The position numbers were made by a program, and so were the translations under genes. Positions 39,208-48,234 of a DNA stretch of 64,000 nucleotides are shown here, piece after piece; within the stretch, counting starts at the first letter, position 1, and each line of letters starts with the position of its first letter. The DNA is from Bacteroidales bacterium (GTDB taxonomy: Bacteria > Bacteroidota > Bacteroidia > Bacteroidales > G3-4614). Below the pieces are notes generated by a model that saw nothing but the letters and a program-made list of their open reading frames with translations, had not been told where the DNA came from and did no database searches. The stretch covers positions 73,628 through 137,627 of the forward strand of contig SUXK01000002.1 in the NCBI GenBank assembly GCA_015061035.1, read 5' to 3'.

Positions 39208-39723
39208 TTAAATATCTAAAAGGCCTTCAGGGAGATTCATTAGAATCTCCTTTTTTTCATCATCAATGGTCTCTACAAAGTCATCTACTGCAGGTATAAG
39301 CAACTCTTCCCCACTCTCAGTTATTACCGAAAATAATACATTTGCTGTTGAGTCATCAACTCCCTCTATTGTTCCGATAAGTTTTTCTGCTGAATATATT
39401 TTATAGCCTAAAATTCCTTCTCCGTAATTTAGAGGTTCTGAATCTGTTATATATTTCACAGGAAAGTAGAGCTCTCTCCCTAAAAGGAGTTTTGCAGAAT
39501 CTGTATCGTCTATATCTTCAAACTTTATTAGAGCAGTTACATCGCTTTTAAAACGATACTCCTCTATAAAGAATGGAACAAATATGCCATCAATATCTGC
39601 TACCAAATATGGGGCATCATCATCTCCGAATATATCGTTTATAAAGATACACGATAACTCTCCCGAAACACCATGTGTTTTGGTTACCTTACCTATTTTT
39701 ATTACCTCTTGGGGTTTAATCAT
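39208..39723 (-). CDS. rimM: 16S rRNA processing protein RimM
   Basis: 171 aa (IGKVTKTHGVSGEL...) with a PRC barrel C-terminus. Confidence 0.88.
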   Translation of the reverse strand: MIKPQEVIKIGKVTKTHGVSGELSCIFINDIFGDDDAPYLVADIDGIFVPFFIEEYRFKSDVTALIKFEDIDDTDSAKLLLGRELYFPVKYITDSEPLNYGEGILGYKIYSAEKLIGTIEGVDDSTANVLFSVITESGEELLIPAVDDFVETIDDEKKEILMNLPEGLLDI

Positions 39724-41029
39724 TGCTTATGCGTTGTATTGATGCTCCTAATGCATTTAATCTCTCATCAATAGATTCGTAACCTCTATCTATTTGGTCA
39801 ATGTTATCTATCTTACTTGTTCCTTGTGCCGACATTGCTGCTATCAACAATGCTATTCCCGCTCTGATATCGGGCGACACCATAGTGGTTGCTCTAAGTG
39901 GGTGTTGTTTGTCTTGACCTATTACTACTGCTCGGTGTGGATCACATAGGATTATTTGAGCTCCCATATCTATTAGTTTATCAACAAAGAACAAACGACT
40001 CTCAAACATTTTCTGATGTATAAGCACACTACCTTTTGCTTGAGTTGCAACAACTAATATAACACTCATAAGGTCTGGTGTTAATCCTGGCCACGGAGCA
40101 TCTGCAAAGGTCATTATAGAGCCATCCATAAAGGTCTCTATCTCGTAATGGTCGTGTTGTGGGATATATAAATCATCACCCTCCTCTTTTATGGTTATTC
40201 CTAATCGGCGGAAAGCATCAGGGATTATTCCCAAATCTTTTATTGACACATCTTTTATTCTAATTTCAGAGCCTGTCATTGCAGCCATTCCTATGAAACT
40301 TCCTATCTCAATCATATCAGGAAGTAGTTTATGTGAACAACCTTCTAACTTCTCAACTCCTGTTATGGTTAATAGATTAGAACCTACCCCTTCTATTTTT
40401 GCTCCCATGCTATTTAGCATCTTTGAGAGTTGTTGTAAGTATGGTTCACACGCTGCATTATAGATGGTTGTTACCCCTTTTGCAAGAACAGCAGCCATTA
40501 GTATGTTAGCTGTTCCTGTTACAGATGCTTCATCTAAAAGCATATAGCATCCTTTTAATCCATTAGCAGTAATATCATATATATGTTTCTCTTCGTCATA
40601 TGTGAAGTTAGCTCCAAGCCTTTGTATTCCTAAGAAGTGTGTATCTAATCTGCGGCGACCTATCTTATCTCCTCCCGGTTTGGCTACTATTGCCTTTCCA
40701 AAGCGAGCAACCAATGGTCCTACTATCATTACAGATCCTCGTAATGATGAACATTTTTTTATAAATGCTTCGCTGTTGAGATATGCCAAATCAATATTAT
40801 CTGCCTTGAATGTATATGCACCCTCTCCCATACGGGTAACCTTTACTCCCATATCAGCCAAAAGGTCTATAAGATTGTTTACATCTTTTATATTTGGTAT
40901 GTTTGTTATTGTTACCTCTTCATCGGTAAGAAGTGTTGCACATATTACTTGCAAGGCCTCGTTTTTTGCTCCCTTGGGAGTTATAGTGCCATTTAAACGG
41001 CACCCGCCTTTTATAATGAAAGATGACAT
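39716..41029 (-). CDS. murA: UDP-N-acetylglucosamine 1-carboxyvinyltransferase
   Basis: 437 aa with GAKNEAL, the KPGGDKIGRRRLD loop (Asp in place of the Cys found in some MurA enzymes) and the overall MurA pattern. Confidence 0.95.
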   Translation of the reverse strand: MSSFIIKGGCRLNGTITPKGAKNEALQVICATLLTDEEVTITNIPNIKDVNNLIDLLADMGVKVTRMGEGAYTFKADNIDLAYLNSEAFIKKCSSLRGSVMIVGPLVARFGKAIVAKPGGDKIGRRRLDTHFLGIQRLGANFTYDEEKHIYDITANGLKGCYMLLDEASVTGTANILMAAVLAKGVTTIYNAACEPYLQQLSKMLNSMGAKIEGVGSNLLTITGVEKLEGCSHKLLPDMIEIGSFIGMAAMTGSEIRIKDVSIKDLGIIPDAFRRLGITIKEEGDDLYIPQHDHYEIETFMDGSIMTFADAPWPGLTPDLMSVILVVATQAKGSVLIHQKMFESRLFFVDKLIDMGAQIILCDPHRAVVIGQDKQHPLRATTMVSPDIRAGIALLIAAMSAQGTSKIDNIDQIDRGYESIDERLNALGASIQRISND

Positions 41030-41034
41030 ATTCT

Positions 41035-41652
41035 CTATTTTTTATTGAAACGTGTATTACGAACGTTATTATTTGTATTTGTTTTTCGTGTTTGCAACTC
41101 TTTGATTGACCTCAAATTCAGATCATCAACAGTAAGTTTATCTGTTGCATCAGGAATATATTCCTTTATATCTTTTAATATTTTATCATCTTCCACAACC
41201 TCTTTTGTTGTGTTGTAGAGTGTCTTTTTCATTACATTCGCCATTATAGAGAGCATCTGTTTTTGCTCATCGCTACCTTTGGGATACTCTTGGCATTTAC
41301 CAAGCATCTTCTCAATAATCTTTCCGTAATGGCGATACATTATTGACGATTGGTCATATTCTAATTGCTTTGGAGCAGTATATAAGTTATCGGGGCGTAA
41401 TACCTCATATGGATAGTCTATATCGAGTTTAAAATCAGACATAATTGCCAAATGATCCCACAACTTATGTTTAAAATCATCTACATCACGAAGGTGAGGA
41501 AAAAGATTTCCCATTGTTGCTACAATTGAATATGCACAACGTGTTCGCTCCTCACGATCCTCTATGGTTATGCAATACTCAACCATCTGTTGTATGTTTC
41601 TACCATACTCTGGAAGGAGTAATTTTTTTAGTTGTGTATTATACTCTAACAT
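41035..41652 (-). CDS. DUF4290-like protein
   Basis: 205 aa (LPEYGRNIQQMVEY...). It is a conserved neighbour of murA in Bacteroidota. The family name is recalled. Confidence 0.65.
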   Translation of the reverse strand: MLEYNTQLKKLLLPEYGRNIQQMVEYCITIEDREERTRCAYSIVATMGNLFPHLRDVDDFKHKLWDHLAIMSDFKLDIDYPYEVLRPDNLYTAPKQLEYDQSSIMYRHYGKIIEKMLGKCQEYPKGSDEQKQMLSIMANVMKKTLYNTTKEVVEDDKILKDIKEYIPDATDKLTVDDLNLRSIKELQTRKTNTNNNVRNTRFNKK

Positions 41653-42362
41653 TATTTGTTTGATAAATTATTTAATACCTTATTTTTTGGAGTGGTTGCT
41701 TGGAACTCTTTTAAATAGAAGGGTTGATAATAGGCAGTATCTTTAAAATCTTGGTTGCGTAATGCTCTTTCGGATAGTGCCAACATTGATTTTGCTAATG
41801 GTACTACTCCTGTTAAAAATATTGCATTCTCGCTTTTTATTACTTCTTTACATTTTTCTGCACCATCGCCAAAGAATACCACCTTGCGTTCTTTCAATAT
41901 ATCTGAGAAACTATTTTCATCAATTATATTTGCCTCTATTGGTAATATCTGTTGTAATGCTCTGTCGTATATTGCAGAATATACCTCCATTCTGCGAGCA
42001 TCTATCATTGGGCATAGGAGTGCCTCTTCATCAATTTTGGGATTAAAGAGTACCGAACACGACATTATCTCTGTTGTATCAAGAGCTATTAACGGGACAT
42101 TAAAACCAAAGCACAATCCTTTTGCCATTGATACCCCTATACGTAACCCTGTATATGAACCTGGTCCTCCACTCACTGCTACTGCATCTATTTTAAGTTT
42201 ATTGCTATTTATAAACTCTAATGCTTCATTAATATAACCTCCTAAAAGCGAAGCATGCGATGGACCTTCGTAATGTTCTCGATTAAATGCAACCATTCCA
42301 TCGCAAGTTACTGCAACAGAACAGACCTTTGTTGATGTTTCAATATTTATTATACAAGGCAT
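41652..42362 (-). CDS. tsaB: tRNA t6A biosynthesis protein TsaB
   Basis: 236 aa with INIETSTKVCSVA...GPGSYTGLRIG. Confidence 0.9.
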   Translation of the reverse strand: MPCIINIETSTKVCSVAVTCDGMVAFNREHYEGPSHASLLGGYINEALEFINSNKLKIDAVAVSGGPGSYTGLRIGVSMAKGLCFGFNVPLIALDTTEIMSCSVLFNPKIDEEALLCPMIDARRMEVYSAIYDRALQQILPIEANIIDENSFSDILKERKVVFFGDGAEKCKEVIKSENAIFLTGVVPLAKSMLALSERALRNQDFKDTAYYQPFYLKEFQATTPKNKVLNNLSNK

Positions 42363-42396
42363 ACAAAGTTGTCAATTAGCGAGCGTGCGCTCGTTT

Positions 42397-42547
42397 AATT
42401 AGAAATGAGAAATTAGGAATTTTGCTAATAAGCATGAGCAGAACTAACTTTGTTTAAGTTTTGCAAAGCGAAAGCAAAATCAACAAGCATAGACTTGTTA
42501 ATTAGTAATTAAATCTCTAATTGTTGCAAAGCAACTAACTAATTTCA
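42397..42547 (+). repeat. Mosaic intergenic repeat, copy A (full length)
   Basis: The head AATTAGaAATGAGAAATTAGGAATT is followed by two TTTTGC..AAGC/AGC..GCARAA hairpins, hairpin aacaag/cttgtt, and an AATTAG/CTAATT-rich tail with gttgc/gcaac. By eye it aligns at roughly 80% identity to 47831-47950, and head and tail align to the reverse complement of 58433-58516. Confidence 0.75.
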
Positions 42548-42663
42548 GATTATTTTGCGAAGATAATAAAAAAGTGTGGATTTTAATAGAACTTTTTTAA
42601 GATTACTCTAAAATGGACCTTCTAATAACAGTTTATTGTTAATTTAGCACTATTTTTACGAGA

Positions 42664-42679
42664 TATATTTGTATCTTCG
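42664..42679 (+). promoter_or_regulatory. -7 region TAtaTTTG-TAtcTTCG for yicC
   Basis: An exact TAnnTTTG at 42664-42671 is followed by the recurrent tatcttcgcaa motif, 33-48 nt before the ATG. Confidence 0.45.
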
Positions 42680-42711
42680 CAAGATAATTTTTTAAACTTT
42701 AAAATAATATT

Positions 42712-43584
42712 ATGTTATACTCAATGACAGGATACGGGAAGAGTGTTGTTAAACTTCCCTCTCGTGATATTACCATAGAGATTAAATCACTAAATAGCAA
42801 ACAGTTGGATTTGTCGGTAAGGATTCCGTCTGTTTACTCTTCTATTGACGGACGCATCAGAAGTGAGATTGCTCAACGTATTGAACGCGGTAAGGTTGAA
42901 CTTTCGATGAGGGTTGAGAATATCTCTTCGGCAAATGGTGCTTGTGTAAATATCCCTGTCATTAAAAAATATAAAGAACAGATTGTTGATGCAGCCAATG
43001 AGATTGGTGCTACTATCCCCGAAAATTGGTTTGAAATTCTTTTACGTATGCCCGAGGCTATTACTACCGAAGTTAAAGAGGTTAACGAAGAGGAGGAAGA
43101 GGCTATTATGGGTGGTGTAATTGAGGCTATTGATGCTCTTTGTAAGTTTAGAGAACAAGAAGGAGTTATGCTACAATCAATTTTTGAGAACAAATTAACA
43201 AACATAAGAGAGTTACTTAACAGCGTTGAGCCTTACGAGAAAGAGCGTATTGAAAAGATTAAGGCAAGACTTATTGAAAACTTGGAGAAAATCAAAGAGG
43301 TTGATTATGACAAGAACCGCTTTGAGCAAGAACTTATCTTTTACATTGAGAAACTTGATATTAATGAGGAGAAAACTCGCTTGGATAATCATTTAAAATA
43401 CTTTAAAGAGACTATGGATGCTCGTCAAGGTCAAGGCAAGAAACTTGGTTTTATTGCACAAGAACTTGGAAGAGAAATTAATACTATGGGTTCAAAAGCC
43501 AATAATGCAGAACTTCAACGTATTGTTGTTCAAATGAAAGATGAACTTGAACAGATTAAAGAGCAAGTTCTGAATGTTCTATAA
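42712..43584 (+). CDS. yicC: YicC family protein
   Basis: 290 aa starting MLYSMTGYG, with the C-terminal EL.RE.NT.GSKA motif. Confidence 0.9.
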   Translation: MLYSMTGYGKSVVKLPSRDITIEIKSLNSKQLDLSVRIPSVYSSIDGRIRSEIAQRIERGKVELSMRVENISSANGACVNIPVIKKYKEQIVDAANEIGATIPENWFEILLRMPEAITTEVKEVNEEEEEAIMGGVIEAIDALCKFREQEGVMLQSIFENKLTNIRELLNSVEPYEKERIEKIKARLIENLEKIKEVDYDKNRFEQELIFYIEKLDINEEKTRLDNHLKYFKETMDARQGQGKKLGFIAQELGREINTMGSKANNAELQRIVVQMKDELEQIKEQVLNVL

Positions 43585-43602
43585 CAGAGTTATTTTATTT
43601 TT

Positions 43603-44172
43603 ATGAAAAGAGGTAAACTAATTATATTTTCTGCACCTTCAGGCTCAGGAAAATCTACGATAATAAACTATTTGTTGGGATGTAATTTAGATTTGGCATT
43701 CTCAATTTCTGCTACTTCACGCCTACCTCGTGGAAATGAAAAAAATGGAGTTGAATACTATTTTTTGACTCCTGATGAGTTTAGAAAAAAAATTGCCAAC
43801 GGCGACTTTATTGAGTACGAAGAGGTTTACAAAGATAACTTTTATGGTACTCTTAAAAGCGAAGTTGAACGTATTAGAGAAGAGGGCAAGAATGTTGTTT
43901 TTGATGTGGATGTTGTTGGCGGAGTTAACATTAAAAATATTTTTGGAGACGAAGCCCTTTCAATGTTTATTATGCCTCCAAGTGTTGAGGAACTTAGAAA
44001 AAGACTTATTGGTAGAAACACTGACTCAAAGGATACCATTGAGAAACGTCTTGCTAAGGCTGAATATGAGATGAGTTTTGCAGAGAAGTTTGACAAGATT
44101 GTTATCAACGATGATCTGGAGAGTGCTAAAAGTGAAGCACTAAATATAATTAAAAACTTTATTGAGAAGTAA
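43603..44172 (+). CDS. gmk: Guanylate kinase
   Basis: P-loop SAPSGSGKST and the SATSR.PR..E..G.EY.F motif. Confidence 0.95.
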   Translation: MKRGKLIIFSAPSGSGKSTIINYLLGCNLDLAFSISATSRLPRGNEKNGVEYYFLTPDEFRKKIANGDFIEYEEVYKDNFYGTLKSEVERIREEGKNVVFDVDVVGGVNIKNIFGDEALSMFIMPPSVEELRKRLIGRNTDSKDTIEKRLAKAEYEMSFAEKFDKIVINDDLESAKSEALNIIKNFIEK

Positions 44173-44177
44173 TAGAA

Positions 44178-44750
44178 ATGGAGATTGGTTTCTTTGGAGG
44201 CTCGTTTAATCCTATTCATATAGGCCATTTGGTTATTGCTGAATACCTATGCAATAATACTGGTATTGACGAATTATGGATTAGCGTTACACCTAAAAAT
44301 CCATTAAAAGCAGACTCCTCTCTATTGGATGAGAAACATCGGATTGAGATGGTGAAACGTGCAATAGAGCATTTTGACAATATTAAATATTGCGATATTG
44401 AGTTGTTGTTACCTATCCCCTCTTACACCGCAAATACTTTAAGAGAGTTATGCAAGCGTTATCCTGAACATAACTTTTCGTTAATTATTGGTGCTGACAA
44501 CTGGGTTATTTTTGATAAATGGAGAGAGTATGATTTTATTCTCAAAAATTTTAAAATTATAATTTATCCCCGACCGGGATATGATATTGACAAAGAGGCT
44601 TTACCAAATGGTATTACTCTTTGTAATACGCCAGAAATAGGTATCTCTTCAACAATGATAAGAGATAGTTTTAAGTGCGGGAAACCTATGTTATCGTACA
44701 CAACTAAGGAGGTTAGTGATTATATTATTGAAAAGAATTTATTTATTTGA
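44178..44750 (+). CDS. nadD: Nicotinate-nucleotide adenylyltransferase
   Basis: GGSFNPIHIGH and ISST.IR motifs. Confidence 0.92.
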   Translation: MEIGFFGGSFNPIHIGHLVIAEYLCNNTGIDELWISVTPKNPLKADSSLLDEKHRIEMVKRAIEHFDNIKYCDIELLLPIPSYTANTLRELCKRYPEHNFSLIIGADNWVIFDKWREYDFILKNFKIIIYPRPGYDIDKEALPNGITLCNTPEIGISSTMIRDSFKCGKPMLSYTTKEVSDYIIEKNLFI

Positions 44751-44762
44751 TATTGTAGCAAT

Positions 44763-45332
44763 ATGGATGAATATGTTTATGGCAAAAACAGTGTTGAATT
44801 TGTTACTGTTTGTGTTGAATATTGTGCCTTAGTTGAGGGTGCAAACCAAAATGAGAGAGTTGATTTTATTAATAAGGCTTCAAAGATTTTACCTCTATTA
44901 TATATTAAAGCATCACTTATTACCCCTGAAGAGTGTTTTGTTGATTACCCCGAACGCTTTGTTAGTGAAGATATGTATAATGGTGTTAGAGGCGGTATTG
45001 AACAGTTGCTCGGGCATAACGATACATACTTAGAGGTTTTTATGGAGGGTATGCAATATAGCGACACTCCTATTACTGCATTTATTTCGGAAGACCTAAC
45101 TGACATTTGGCAACCAATCAGAGATTTTTTAGAGATATATCGTTTAGGAGATGAAGATAATTCAAGAGCCGCATTAACTGACTGTTTAGAGGCTTTCAGA
45201 GAGTATTGGGGACAAAAATTGGTTAACGTGCTACGACCTTTACACTCTCTGCTATACAACTCAGAAGAGGAGATGGATAGTGAGGAGTATGGCATGGACT
45301 ACAATAATGAGGAGTACGATAATGAGTTTTAA
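44763..45332 (+). CDS. DUF5063-like protein
   Basis: 189-aa acidic protein upstream of, and overlapping, the exonuclease gene. The family name is recalled. Confidence 0.6.
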   Translation: MDEYVYGKNSVEFVTVCVEYCALVEGANQNERVDFINKASKILPLLYIKASLITPEECFVDYPERFVSEDMYNGVRGGIEQLLGHNDTYLEVFMEGMQYSDTPITAFISEDLTDIWQPIRDFLEIYRLGDEDNSRAALTDCLEAFREYWGQKLVNVLRPLHSLLYNSEEEMDSEEYGMDYNNEEYDNEF

Positions 45333-45942
45333 TAGTAGTAATATTAAAGAGCCAGTTACCACAGAGGAAGAGAATCTTATTTACATTTCAAAAGAGGATG
45401 TTGCTCTCTTTGATAAAGAGTTTTTTGAGGGGAGAATAATTGTTATTCAATCAAGCGAAGAGGCAAAAAAGGCTATTGCTTATCTTTCGGATTTTAACAT
45501 TGTTGGTATTGATACTGAAAGCAAACCCTCTTTTAAGAAAGGAAAAAGGAATAAAATATCTTTACTTCAAGTTTCAACAAATGATACTTGTTTCTTATTC
45601 AGACTAAAGAACATTGGCTTTACGCCTGAGATTGTTGCTTTCTTTGAGAATGAAAATATCACTAAAGTGGGATTGTCGCTCAAAGATGATTTTATGATGC
45701 TTAAGAATATAGCAAACTTTACTCCAAAAGGATTCATTGATATACAAACTATTATCTGCAATTATGGTATTGGAGAGAAGAGTTTACAAAAGATATATGC
45801 AATATTGTTTGGTAAGAAGATTTCCAAGACTCAACGTCTTTCAAATTGGGAGGCTGATGTTTTAACAGATGCTCAAAAACGTTATGCTGCAACAGATGCA
45901 TGGGCTACCCTAAGGATTTATGAAAAACTTCAAAATATGTAA
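45322..45942 (+). CDS. 3'-5' exonuclease (RNase D-like DEDDy domain)
   Basis: The start is reassigned to MSFNSS. Carries the motifs GIDTES, K.G.SLKDD and YAA.DAWA. Confidence 0.85.
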   Translation: MSFNSSNIKEPVTTEEENLIYISKEDVALFDKEFFEGRIIVIQSSEEAKKAIAYLSDFNIVGIDTESKPSFKKGKRNKISLLQVSTNDTCFLFRLKNIGFTPEIVAFFENENITKVGLSLKDDFMMLKNIANFTPKGFIDIQTIICNYGIGEKSLQKIYAILFGKKISKTQRLSNWEADVLTDAQKRYAATDAWATLRIYEKLQNM

Positions 45943-45966
45943 ACGAGAATACTATATATAGAGGAA

Positions 45967-45999
45967 AGAGAGTTGAAAAACATTTCGACTCTCTTTTTT
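45967..45999 (+). terminator. Intrinsic terminator after the exonuclease gene
   Basis: 7-bp stem agagagt/actctct followed by T6. Confidence 0.65.
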
Positions 46000-46028
46000 G
46001 TTTTGTTAAAGCATATAAGGAATTATTT

Positions 46029-46229
46029 ATGATTAAATTATACGATATAATTACTCTTATTCTTGTTATATATATCGCTCTAATGGCATATTGGGCAAGA
46101 GATTTAATAATTGTTTATGGTAACTATTTTGAATACTTTTCGCTTATTGGTATTAGTTTGGCTTTTATTTTTGCATTAAGATATACTATTAAACGGAGAG
46201 AGAAAAAAAATAACGATGATGAAGATTAG
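46029..46229 (+). CDS. Hypothetical small two-TM membrane protein
   Basis: 66 aa with two hydrophobic helices and a basic/acidic tail. A 9-bp hairpin aacgatgat/atcatcgtt spans its stop codon. I found no promoter box. Confidence 0.35.
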   Translation: MIKLYDIITLILVIYIALMAYWARDLIIVYGNYFEYFSLIGISLAFIFALRYTIKRREKKNNDDED

Positions 46230-46267
46230 TATTTTATCTTTATCATCGTTACTATTTTTAGAAGTTT

Positions 46268-46765
46268 CTATTTCTCTTCGAGTTCTATTACCTCCAAATC
46301 TTTAAACTCTCCGTTGTCTATTGTAAATCTTACCAATGTTCTTACTTTATGAAATCCATATACTCCTGCCGCTCCAGGATTGATATGCAATAGATTAAGA
46401 GTTTTATCAAACATTACTTTTAGAATATGAGAGTGACCTGATATAAAGAGTTTGGGTGGATGTCGAAATATATCGGGCAGTACCTCCTTTGCATAGTGTC
46501 CCGGGTAACCGCCTATATGGGTTATCCATACTGATGTATTTTCTATTTCAAATTTTTGATGTTTGGCTGTTCGTAATCGAATATCTTGCCCATCAATATT
46601 GCCATATACAGCACGAACAGGTTTTAGAGCCTCTAATTTATCAAGCACTTCAACCGCTCCTATATCGCCTGAATGCCATATCTCATCACACTCGGCAAAG
46701 TGTTTTTCGTAGCGAGTGTCCCAATATCCGTGTGTATCTGATAATAACCCTATCCTTTTTGCCAT
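46268..46765 (-). CDS. Metallophosphoesterase (YfcE/MJ0936 family)
   Basis: 165 aa with the LSDTHG, GD, GNIDG and GHSH motifs. Confidence 0.88.
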   Translation of the reverse strand: MAKRIGLLSDTHGYWDTRYEKHFAECDEIWHSGDIGAVEVLDKLEALKPVRAVYGNIDGQDIRLRTAKHQKFEIENTSVWITHIGGYPGHYAKEVLPDIFRHPPKLFISGHSHILKVMFDKTLNLLHINPGAAGVYGFHKVRTLVRFTIDNGEFKDLEVIELEEK

Positions 46766-46815
46766 TTTGTTTTACCTTTTGCCTTACGAAGGTAATATTT
46801 TTATCCGATTTGCAC

Positions 46816-46823
46816 TATCTTTG
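46816..46823 (+). promoter_or_regulatory. -7 box TAtcTTTG for the antiporter gene
   Basis: Exact TAnnTTTG, 56 nt before the ATG at 46879. Confidence 0.45.
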
Positions 46824-46878
46824 CAGTAGAAAACTACCGCAAAAAAAATTTTTTATTAATACTAATTTACAATAAAAA

Positions 46879-47832
46879 ATGATTCTTTCAATTATTGGAT
46901 TTATAGCAGGAATTACTCTTGTTTTGTATGGTGCTGACGCTCTTGTAAAGGGTGCTACTGCACTTGCAAGAAAATTTAATATCAGCGAACTCGTTATTGG
47001 TTTAACCATTGTGGCTTTGGGTACATCGTTGCCCGAATTGGTTATTAGTGTTGGTTCTGCTATAAAAGGGAGTTCAGGTATTGCTTTGGGAAATGTTATT
47101 GGTAGCAATTTGTTTAATACTATGCTAATATTGGGCGTTACAGCATTGATTACTCCTATTAAATTTAGTGGGAAAATGTTGTCGCGTGAGTTACCTTTTA
47201 ATCTATTGGCTTCTATTGTTCTGATTTTGGTATCAGGCTCAATGCTTATTGGAGGTGGCGAAAATGAAGAGATTTCTCGTTACAGCGGTTTAATTCTTTT
47301 ATGCTTTCTTGCCGTATTTATCAGATATACTTTTAGTATTTCAAATGATAGCGAAGAGAGTAACGAGGATATAAAGAGTGTGTCAAATTGGAAAATAGTT
47401 TTTTATATTATTGTTGGTTTGGCCTCTCTTATATTTGGAGGCAAACTATTTGTTGGAGGGGCAACTGAGGTTGCTCGTTTGCTTGGTTTATCGGAGGCAA
47501 TTATTGGTATTACAATTGTATCGGCTGGCAGTTCATTACCTGAGTTGGCTGTTTCGGTTAATGCTGCACGAAAGGGTAATGCTGGTATTGCCTTAGGCAA
47601 TGTTTTAGGAAGTAATATTCTGAACATATTCTTTATATTGGGTTGCAGTGCTACTATTACTCCCATTTCGTTAGATGATTTCAGTTTTGTTGATTACTAT
47701 GTTCTTATTGCTGCTTCTCTTATGGTTTATGCTGTCAGCAAATTTGGAGGTAAAAATGTAATTAACCGCTGGGAAGGTGCTATTCTAACTCTCGGTTATA
47801 TTGCCTACACGGTTTATCTTATTATTAAATAA
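46879..47832 (+). CDS. Calcium/sodium antiporter (CaCA family, YrbG-like)
   Basis: 317 aa with two alpha-repeats (GTSLPEL and GSSLPEL, each followed by GN..GSN). Confidence 0.9.
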   Translation: MILSIIGFIAGITLVLYGADALVKGATALARKFNISELVIGLTIVALGTSLPELVISVGSAIKGSSGIALGNVIGSNLFNTMLILGVTALITPIKFSGKMLSRELPFNLLASIVLILVSGSMLIGGGENEEISRYSGLILLCFLAVFIRYTFSISNDSEESNEDIKSVSNWKIVFYIIVGLASLIFGGKLFVGGATEVARLLGLSEAIIGITIVSAGSSLPELAVSVNAARKGNAGIALGNVLGSNILNIFFILGCSATITPISLDDFSFVDYYVLIAASLMVYAVSKFGGKNVINRWEGAILTLGYIAYTVYLIIK

Positions 47833-47950
47833 TTAGGAATGAGAAATTAGGAATTTTGCGAGTAAGCGAGGGCAAAATAAGTTTACTTAAATTTTGCCGA
47901 GCAAGAGCAGAATCAAAAAACGAAGGGTTTTTAATTAGGAATTAGGAATA
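47831..47950 (+). repeat. Mosaic intergenic repeat, copy B
   Basis: The head AATTAGGAATGAGAAATTAGGAATT begins inside the TAA stop of the antiporter gene. It has the same two TTTTGC/GCARAA hairpins and a third hairpin aaaaac/gttttt. Confidence 0.75.
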
Positions 47951-47952
47951 AA

Positions 47953-47990
47953 GCCTATTAGACTATGGTTTAATAGGCATTATTTATTTT
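47953..47990 (+). terminator. Terminator after repeat copy B
   Basis: 8-bp stem gcctatta/taataggc followed by a T-rich tail. Confidence 0.55.
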
Positions 47991-48025
47991 ACAAAATAAC
48001 ATATTGAAATATTAAAATATTTTAA

Positions 48026-48033
48026 TAATTTTG
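48026..48033 (+). promoter_or_regulatory. -7 box TAatTTTG upstream of the structured RNA
   Basis: Exact TAnnTTTG. The predicted TSS is near 48040. Confidence 0.45.
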
Positions 48034-48039
48034 CAGTGA

Positions 48040-48234
48040 TGAAATAGATCATCAAGACATTGATATATTTATAGCGTTTTGCTATTGTCATTTGCTCTAA
48101 AAAACTACCACCTTTTGAAAGCATACAAGGACAATAGGCACTTAACGCCTACGCCTTGCGTGGGTTGTGCTTATCTTGTATGCGGGTATGTGGTAGTACC
48201 TTTAGAGCGTGATAGCCAACTCACGCTTTTTTTT
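48040..48234 (+). ncRNA. Candidate structured sRNA or leader with an intrinsic terminator, unclassified
   Basis: The helices are nested. P1 pairs 48095-48111 with 48190-48207 (7+8 bp). P2 is gcatacaag/cttgtatgc (48121-48129 / 48175-48183). P3 is acaa/uugu and encloses hairpins aggc..gccu and acgc..gcgu. The terminator gcgtga/tcacgc plus T8 follows at 48207-48234. Confidence 0.5.
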
